Positions 28,570 through 36,100 of a stretch of DNA of 64,000 nt are shown here, one piece after another. A program made the position numbers and the translations under genes. Source of the stretch: Planctomycetaceae bacterium (lineage in GTDB: Bacteria; Planctomycetota; Planctomycetia; Planctomycetales; Planctomycetaceae); the NCBI GenBank assembly GCA_002724315.1, contig PBOJ01000102.1:10925-74924 (forward strand), in the 5' to 3' direction. Within the stretch, counting starts at the first letter, position 1. Each line of letters opens with the position of its first letter. The notes beneath the pieces were generated by a model. That model had not been told where the DNA came from, did not search any database, and saw only the letters and a program-made list of their open reading frames with translations.

Positions 28570-29964
28570 ATGTTCACCCGCCGTCATCTCCTGCAGTCCT
28601 CGGCCGTCGGCTTCCCGATGCTGGCCCTGCGAAGCCTTCTCGAGGCCGACACCTTCGGCCAGGGACCGAACCCGCTTGCATCGCGCTTGGCCCATCACGC
28701 CCCGCGGGCCAAGCGGATCCTGTTTTTGTTCATGAAGGGAGGCCCCTCGCAGGTCGACACCTTCGACCACAAGCCCCGGCTGCAGAAGGACCACGGGAAG
28801 CCATTGCCCTTCGACAAGCCTCGGGTGCAATTCGCCGACACCGGCAAGCTCCTGGGCTCCCCCTGGACCTTCAGCCGGCACGGCGAGTGTGGCCTGCCCG
28901 TCAGCGAGTTGTTCCCCCACACCGCCCGCCACGCTGACGACCTCTGTGTGATCAACTCCGTCCACGGAACCAATGCCGCTCACGGCGGAGCCCTGCTGAA
29001 ACTGCATACCGGCAGCGACAACTTCGTCCGTCCGAGCATCGGATCGTGGGTCAGCTACGGACTGGGAACCGAAAACGGTGACCTGCCGGCGTTCGTCACC
29101 ATCTGCCCGACACTGGCTCACGGGGGAGTCAAAAACTGGGGCAGCGCATTTTTGCCCGCTCCCTTCCAGGGCACACCCATCGGCAATGCCAGCCTCTCGT
29201 CGGCCGATGCCCGCGTCCCCTACCTGGACAACCCGCGTCACTCGAGACAACTCCAGCGTCTCAAGCTCGACCTGCTGGGTCGATTCAACCGACAGCACCT
29301 CGACGACTTCGGCGAGGACGGGCGACTGGAGGCCAGGATCAACTCGTTCGAACTCGCCTTCCGCATGCAGGGAGAAATTCCCGGCATCCAGGACCTCTCA
29401 CAGGAATCCTCGGCAACACACAAGCTGTACGGACTCGACGAAAAGATCACCGAGGACTTCGGTCGACAGTGCCTGCTGGCCCGCAGGTTCCTGGAACGGG
29501 GTGTCCGATTTGTCCAGGTCACTCATAGCGACACCATGGTCCAGTGGGACCAGCACTCCAACCTGCTGAGTGGACACACCAAGAACGCCAAGGAGGTCGA
29601 TCGCCCGATTGGCGGACTGCTGAGCGATCTCAAGGCCCGTGGATTGCTCGAAGACACCCTGGTCTGGTGGGGTGGAGAATTCGGACGCACCCCGTGCGTG
29701 CAAGGGTCCAACGGCCGGGATCACAACCCGGACGGATTCACGATGTGGCTGGCCGGTGGCGGTGCAAAACCGGGACTCCGATACGGTTCGACCGACGAGT
29801 TCGGTTACTACGCCGCCGAGGACAAGGTCCATATCCACGACCTGCACGCCACCATCCTGCATCTGCTCGGACTCGACCACGAGCAGTTGACCTACCGCTA
29901 CGCTGGCCGCGATTTCCGCCTGACCGACGTCTACGGTGACGTGGTCCAGGACGTGATCGCCTGA
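28570..29964 (+). CDS. DUF1501 (sulfatase/alkaline-phosphatase-fold) Tat-signal protein, partner of preceding PSCyt/PSD1 gene
   Basis: [20 protein letters not shown] twin-arginine-like leader. DUF1501 blocks (…[18 protein letters not shown]…, …GGEFGRTP…, …[17 protein letters not shown]…). 22-nt gap after upstream gene. Confidence 0.85.
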   Translation: MFTRRHLLQSSAVGFPMLALRSLLEADTFGQGPNPLASRLAHHAPRAKRILFLFMKGGPSQVDTFDHKPRLQKDHGKPLPFDKPRVQFADTGKLLGSPWTFSRHGECGLPVSELFPHTARHADDLCVINSVHGTNAAHGGALLKLHTGSDNFVRPSIGSWVSYGLGTENGDLPAFVTICPTLAHGGVKNWGSAFLPAPFQGTPIGNASLSSADARVPYLDNPRHSRQLQRLKLDLLGRFNRQHLDDFGEDGRLEARINSFELAFRMQGEIPGIQDLSQESSATHKLYGLDEKITEDFGRQCLLARRFLERGVRFVQVTHSDTMVQWDQHSNLLSGHTKNAKEVDRPIGGLLSDLKARGLLEDTLVWWGGEFGRTPCVQGSNGRDHNPDGFTMWLAGGGAKPGLRYGSTDEFGYYAAEDKVHIHDLHATILHLLGLDHEQLTYRYAGRDFRLTDVYGDVVQDVIA

Positions 29965-30293
29965 ATCTCACTCCGCCTGATCGGAGCCGATGAGCCGGTT
30001 CTCGTCGTTCCGGAGCACCTCCACAGCCGTCGAGAGCCAGATCCGGATTTTCCGAGGGGACTTGGTGCCACTGCGGGCAAGAAATCGGGTTCCCCAGCGA
30101 ACACCCGGTACTGAAGCACTGTAATCCCACGAGTTCGGTCACGAAAAATCCGTGAATTCGTCACAATCTGCCCCAATTGACTGATCCCCAACCCCTTTGT
30201 TCTCGTTTTTACTTAGCAGGCTTACCTCTTTTACCCCATAGTGGGTTAGTGGGCTCGATCTCCTGTTGAGGGGTGGCCTGGCTGGAGTCGCTG

Positions 30294-30923
30294 ATGAGTT
30301 TCGACCTCTCCGGATTCTATTACCGATGTTTCGCCGAACCTGCACTACAACCTGCCGGCCTGGTGATCGCCATATTGGCGGTGTACTGGTCGTTGGTGAT
30401 GTTCGGCGCAGTCGACCTCGAGCTCCTCGACTGGAACTTCGAGATCAGCCTCGACGGCGACAGCGGAGCACTGGATTTCGGACTGGTCCCACTGCGGTAC
30501 CTCAATCTCGGCACCATTCCGGTCATGCTCTGGATGACCGTCTTCGGGTTCTCGGCCTGGATGCTTTCACTACTGATCCACTACGTCTGGGCTCCCGATC
30601 AGCCCGACGGGGTGGTGATTGCCGAGGCGTTTGGCCTGGCAACCCTGGCCACCAAGCTCGCCACCAATCCGTTTCGATCGGTCTTCGAGATCGTCGAACC
30701 CCATCGTCCCGATACACTGATCGGCCAAACCTGCACAATCTCCACGCTCACGGCCACAGACGCGAGCGGCGAGGCACATTTTTCCAGCGAGGGGGCACCG
30801 TTGATCCTCTCGGTTCGCACTTCAGACGGCGATCTGACCAAGGGGCAGACGGCCAAAATTATTGAATACAACCGGTCTGACAACACGTACATCGTGAGCG
30901 GCACAATTGGGGGAGACGAGTAA
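30294..30923 (+). CDS. NfeD/YqiJ-like inner-membrane protein (4 TM + C-terminal soluble beta domain), first gene of flotillin cassette
   Basis: ORF 30273(GTG)..30923; ATG at 30294. Hydrophobic N-terminal helices then C-terminal soluble segment (TCTISTLTATDASGEAHFSSEGAPLILSVRTSDGDLTKGQTAKIIEYNRSDNTYIVSG) resembling NfeD OB-fold. Stop TAA overlaps flotillin ATG (TAATG). Family assignment is inferred, not searched. Confidence 0.6.
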   Translation: MSFDLSGFYYRCFAEPALQPAGLVIAILAVYWSLVMFGAVDLELLDWNFEISLDGDSGALDFGLVPLRYLNLGTIPVMLWMTVFGFSAWMLSLLIHYVWAPDQPDGVVIAEAFGLATLATKLATNPFRSVFEIVEPHRPDTLIGQTCTISTLTATDASGEAHFSSEGAPLILSVRTSDGDLTKGQTAKIIEYNRSDNTYIVSGTIGGDE

Positions 30924-33079
30924 TGGGTTACGTGGAAATTGCACTCTATGGCATCGGTGGATTGGTCGCGCTTGCGATCGTCTCCTTCTTCATTCTCAGT
31001 GCCTTCTACCGCAAGCCAGGACCTGAGGAGGCGATTGTTCGGACCGGCGTCGGCGGACTGAAGGTCCAGACCGGCAAGGGGATGATCATCGTCCCGGTCG
31101 CCCACTCGGCCGACAAAATGGACCTCTCGGTCAAGCGGATCGAGATCGCACGTGAAGGCGAAGACGGTCTGATTTGCCAGGACAACATCCGGGCCGACAT
31201 CCGGGTGGCGTTCTACGTCCGGGTCAACAACCAGCAGAGCGACATCATGCAGGTCGCCGAGATGCTCAACCCGAAACGAGCCTCGGAGATCAACCAGCTC
31301 CGCGAACTCTTCGAAGCCAAGTTCTCCGAAGCACTCAAGACCGTCGGCAAACAGTTCGACTTCGTCAGTCTCTACACCGACCGCGACAACTTCCGTGAAC
31401 AGATCCTCAACGTGATCGGAACCGACCTCAACGGTTATCGGCTCGACAACTGCCACATCGATTACCTCGAGCAGACTCCCGTGGAGAGTCTCAACCCGCA
31501 GAACATCCTGGACGCCGAAGGGATCAAGAAGATCACCGAGTTGACAACCCAGGAGAACATGAAGCGGAATTCCTTCGAGGTCGAAGAATCCAAGGTCATC
31601 AAGCAGCAGAACGTCGACCGTGACCAGGCGTTGTATGAACTCGAACGACAACGGGTCGATGCCGAGGAGAAGCAGAAGCGGGAGATCGCCGAGATCACTG
31701 CGAGGAACCAGGCGGCTGCCGCCCAGGTCCAGGAAGAGGAGCGTCAGCGGGCCGAGTCGGCTCGGATCGTTGCCGAGGAACAGATCCAGGTGGCCGAACA
31801 GAACAAGGACCGCCAGATCATCGTGGCCCTGCGCAACAAGGAACGGACCGACCAGGTCGAGATCGAGCGGGTCGAGAAGGACCGGATGCTGGAAGTGACC
31901 GAACGGGAACGCGTGGTCGGTCTTGCCGACATCGAGAAGGACAAGGCGATCGAGATCGAGAAGCGGAATATCCAGGAAGTGATCCGCGAACGCGTGATGG
32001 TCGAACGCGGCGTGGTCGAAGAACAGGAAAACATCAAGAACACCCAGGAAATCATGACCGCCGACCGGGCCAAGACCGTCGCGGTCACCATGGCCGAGAA
32101 AGACGCCCAGGAGTCGTTGGTCATCCAGGTCAAGGCGGCCGAGGCCGAGAAGCAGTCGGCCGAATTCGGTGCCCAGCAGGTGGTCATCGAGGCCGACGCC
32201 CAGCGGGATGCGGCCGAACGCGAAATGCAGGCCACCAAGATGTTGGCCGAAGCCAAGACCGCCGACAAGGCGGCCGAGGGACTCGCCGAAGCCCAGGTCA
32301 CCATGGCCAAGGCCGATGCCCTGGAGAAAGAGGGCACCGCTGAAGCGTCGGTGATCCAGAGGAAGGGTGAGGCCGAGGCGGTCGTGATCGACCAGACCGG
32401 CAGTGCCGAGGCCACCATCGTGCAGAAGAAGGCTGTCGCCGAAGCCAAGGGCGACGAGGCCATGGCGGTCGCGACCGAGAAGGTCGGAACGGCCGAAGCC
32501 AGCGTGATGGGACTGAAATTCAACGCCGAAGCGACCGGCATCAAGGAGAAAGCCGAGTCAATGAAACTGTTCCATGCCGCGGGCAAGGAACACGAGGAAT
32601 TCAAGCTGCAACTCAACAAGGACAAGGACATCGAGATCGCCGCGATCGACGCACAGCAAAATATCGCGGAGGCCCAGGCCGAGATCGTCGGCGAGGCCTT
32701 GAAGAACTCGACCATCGACATCGTCGGCGGCGAGACAACCTTCTTCGACAAGATCGTCGACTCGATCAAGGCCGGAAAGAGTGTCGACCGGTTCGTCGGC
32801 AACAGCGACGTGCTCACCGACGTCAAGAACACGTTCTTCAACGGCGACAACGAGTACTTCGCCGCCCAGCTGAGACAGTTCACCGGCCAGTTCGGTGTCA
32901 GTTTCGAAGACGTCAAGGACCTCTCGGTCGCAGCACTGGTTGGACGGCTGATCACGATGGCCGACAACGAGGACGACAAGTCGCGGCTGGAGGACCTGTT
33001 GCGAGTCTTCCGCGGGGCGGGAGTCGCCAGCCAGAAGGTCGCTACGCTGGGCCTGACCGACGGGAAGCAAGCCAAGTAA
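30923..33079 (+). CDS. Flotillin-like SPFH/Band-7 protein (YqiK/FloT-like) with about 330-aa A/E/K-rich coiled-coil extension
   Basis: N-terminal TM anchor (IALYGIGGLVALAIVSFFIL) then SPFH core (EAIVRTGVGGLKVQTGKGMIIVPVAHSADKMDLSVKRIEIAREGEDGLICQDNIRADIRVAFYVRV). Long EA-rich heptad-like region typical of flotillins but extended (718 aa). Confidence 0.88.
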   Translation: MGYVEIALYGIGGLVALAIVSFFILSAFYRKPGPEEAIVRTGVGGLKVQTGKGMIIVPVAHSADKMDLSVKRIEIAREGEDGLICQDNIRADIRVAFYVRVNNQQSDIMQVAEMLNPKRASEINQLRELFEAKFSEALKTVGKQFDFVSLYTDRDNFREQILNVIGTDLNGYRLDNCHIDYLEQTPVESLNPQNILDAEGIKKITELTTQENMKRNSFEVEESKVIKQQNVDRDQALYELERQRVDAEEKQKREIAEITARNQAAAAQVQEEERQRAESARIVAEEQIQVAEQNKDRQIIVALRNKERTDQVEIERVEKDRMLEVTERERVVGLADIEKDKAIEIEKRNIQEVIRERVMVERGVVEEQENIKNTQEIMTADRAKTVAVTMAEKDAQESLVIQVKAAEAEKQSAEFGAQQVVIEADAQRDAAEREMQATKMLAEAKTADKAAEGLAEAQVTMAKADALEKEGTAEASVIQRKGEAEAVVIDQTGSAEATIVQKKAVAEAKGDEAMAVATEKVGTAEASVMGLKFNAEATGIKEKAESMKLFHAAGKEHEEFKLQLNKDKDIEIAAIDAQQNIAEAQAEIVGEALKNSTIDIVGGETTFFDKIVDSIKAGKSVDRFVGNSDVLTDVKNTFFNGDNEYFAAQLRQFTGQFGVSFEDVKDLSVAALVGRLITMADNEDDKSRLEDLLRVFRGAGVASQKVATLGLTDGKQAK

Positions 33080-33115
33080 TTGGCACCCGGCAACCATTCG
33101 CCAGGAATTCCCGTG

Positions 33116-36100
33116 ATGGCCGACGAAGAACGTCTCCAGAACGAGGCCGCAGCGGCTGACTCAACAGCCGATGCCGCCTCCCAGACCACCGACAACGCCC
33201 CCGGTGCACCCGCAACCGGTGACGGGCCGCAGTTGGAGAGTGGGACGTACGAGATCATTCGGGGACGGCTGGTCTCCCACGGCCAGGACCTCCGCAAGAG
33301 GCTTGGCACGCTCAACGACGCCCGCAAGGACGCATTCGGGTCGATCGAGACGACGTTGCTGGGAACCGAGAGGATCACGACCGAGCACAACTGCGTGCCG
33401 CGGGACATGGTCTCGATCGGCTCGCACCTGCTGTTTGGCTACAACGTCACCTTCGGGTTGAAGTCCGAGATCAACATCGAGGACGTTTTCGCCGTGCACG
33501 GTTTTGCCGACGGGAAGTTCTCCCCCGGCACGCTGGACCTGATTTCCGACGACCGATTCCGCAAGGACTTCGAAGACGTCTACAAGTACTACAAGCACGC
33601 CACCTTCGCGAGGTTCTTCCAGACCGACGTGTACCTGTTCATGGTCTTCCGCGTCGGTGCCTCGGTCAACGACATCAAGTCGTTCAAGTGGGCGATCTCC
33701 GACGACGGCCTGACCTACATCGACAACCGCTCGGACCACGAGGTGGTCTTTCCGCCGCAGCACGGATTCGAGTGGACACTGGCCACGCGGGACATGCAGC
33801 AGTCCGGCACGCACCCTCATATCTCGATTGCCGACCGTGTCTTCGTCGAGACTGTCGGCGGGGACCTGACGGTCAAGATCGAGGACAACACCGCCAGTGG
33901 CGAGGGCATCTACTCCGAACCCGTCGAACACGTCGACCAGACCCTCGACGACGCACGCGTCGACTACTCGATCCTGGGCAACATCATCCTGATGAAGGTT
34001 CGGCCCTACCAGGAGAATGCCGACCGGTACCTGGTCTACAACGAGAAGGCCCAACAGGTGGTGCGACTCGACTCGATCGAGCACGCCTGCGTCATGCTGC
34101 CCGACGACCACGGACTGATCTTCTCCAACGGCTACTACCTGCAGACCGGCGAAAACAAGACCTTCGAGAGCGATCTGCAGGACATGCAGTTCGCCGGCCG
34201 CATCGACTCGCCCAACGGCGAAGACTTCCTCTACGTCTTCCACAATCGCGATTCGGGCGTCTACATCCTGCTCAACTACAACCTGATCGAGCAGAAGGTC
34301 GAGACCCCCCTGATCTGTCACGGCTTCTCGTTGTTCGACGGCGGCGAACTGGTCTGCTTCCGCTCGCAGGAAGCCGCGGCCAAACACCATGCGATCCAGG
34401 TCTGGCAAACCCCCTACACGGGAGAGGGTTACGAGCCACCGGGGCAGGAGGAGACGTTCCTGCACAAGGTGGGCAACAAGGACATCGTGCGGGGCATGGC
34501 CGAGTGCCACGAGGTGCTCGGACTGATCAACAAGGAGGACACCTACGCCAACCTCTACGTCGACATCGTCAAGCAGTCGACCGACATCCTCGACAGCTTC
34601 TTCTGGATCACCAACGAGGAAACCGGCAGCCTGGCCACCCCGCTCGGGGAGATCCGGAACGCAGCCGCCTCTGCGATCGACGAGTTCGAGAAGGTGGTGC
34701 GGGTCAAGCGGAACACCGCCAGCGAGACGTCGCGGGTCGAGGGTGAGACTCGCGAGATCATCGCCGACGTCAGCCGGCGGCGGTTCGAAACGATCCAGGA
34801 CTTCGTCGACTCCCTCGCCGCACTCCGACGCATCCGCGGTGACATCATCACCCTGCGAGACCTCCGCTACGTCGACACCGCACTGGTCGACCAACTCGAG
34901 CAGGAAGTCTCCGAGCAGAATGACACCCTGTCGCACCGCTGTGTCGAGTTCCTGCTCCGACCCGAGTCGCTGGCTCCCTATGAGAAGAAGGTGGCCGAGG
35001 AACTCGCCGGGATCGAGGAGCTGACGAAGGTCAGTGACGCCAAGACACTGCAGGAAGCCATCGACCAGAGCGCTGCTGACCTCGAGATGCTCATCGACAT
35101 CGTCAGCAACCTCGAGATCGACGACGCCACTCAGCGAACCGCGATCATCGACAACATCTCCAACATCTTCTCGACGGTCAACCAGGCCCGTGCCGCGCTC
35201 AAGAAGAAGTCCCGCGACCTGATGTCGGTCGAGGGTGTTGCCGAATTCAACTCGCAGCTGAAACTGCTCGATCAGTCGATCGTCAACTACCTCGATGTCT
35301 GCGATTCGCCGGAGAAATGCGACGAGTTCCTCACCAAGGTGATGATCGGTATCGAAGAACTCGAAGGCAGATTCGCCGAGTTCGACGAGTTCGTCGTGCA
35401 GTTGTCCGAGAAACGTGACGAGGTCTACAACGCGTTCGAATCCCGGAAGCTGCAACTGGTCGAAGCCCGCAACAAGCGGGCCAATGCCCTGATGTCAGCG
35501 GCCGAGCGAATCCTGGGCGGAATCCAGAGCCGAGTCGGAACCCTCGAAAGCGTCAACGACATCAACGGCTATTTCGCCTCGGACCTGATGATCGACAAGG
35601 TCCGCGACATCGTCGACCAGCTCAAGGAACTCGAGGACAGCGTCAAGGTCGACGACATCCAGAGTCGACTGAAGACGATCCGCGAGGACGCCGTCCGTCA
35701 ACTCAAGGATCGCCAGGACCTGTTCGTCGGCGGTGACAACGTCATCAAGATGGGCAACCATCACTTCTCGGTCAACGTCCAGCAACTGGATCTGACGACC
35801 GTCTTCCGTGATGACGAAATGGCCCTGCACCTGACCGGCACCGACTTCTTCGAACCGATCGGAGACGAGGACTTCCTGGCAACCAGGGAGTTGTGGCGAC
35901 AGGACATCGTCAGCGAAACGGCCGAGGTGTACCGGGGCGAGTACCTGGCATACCGGCTGTTCCAGGGCCTGGGAAGCGGGGAACTGCCGGAACGGGACGA
36001 GGTGTTGGCGATGGAGCCCGACGCCCGACTGGCGGTGGTGCAGGAGTTCATGGGGCCACGGTATGCCGAGAGCTACGTCAAGGGCGTTCACGACCGTGAC

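Noticed and set aside
28123-29298. 391-aa minus-strand ORF antisense to DUF1501 gene; 26132-26756 and 27213-27803 minus ORFs antisense to PSCyt gene
   Set aside because: Plus-strand genes have recognisable family signatures and signal peptides. Antisense ORFs lack any.
29965-30272. Searched the lower-GC intergenic region upstream of the flotillin cassette for a -35/-10 promoter (TTGACT at 30176-30181)
   Set aside because: No convincing -10 hexamer at 16-18 nt spacing. Planctomycetota promoters are poorly defined, so I do not call a specific site.
33161-35455. 764-aa minus-strand ORF, and Ser-rich 281-aa ORF 37846-38691, inside the giant ATPase gene
   Set aside because: Plus strand carries one continuous 5.7-kb frame with clear Walker motifs. 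The antisense translations are Asp/Leu/Val/Gly- or Ser-rich low complexity.
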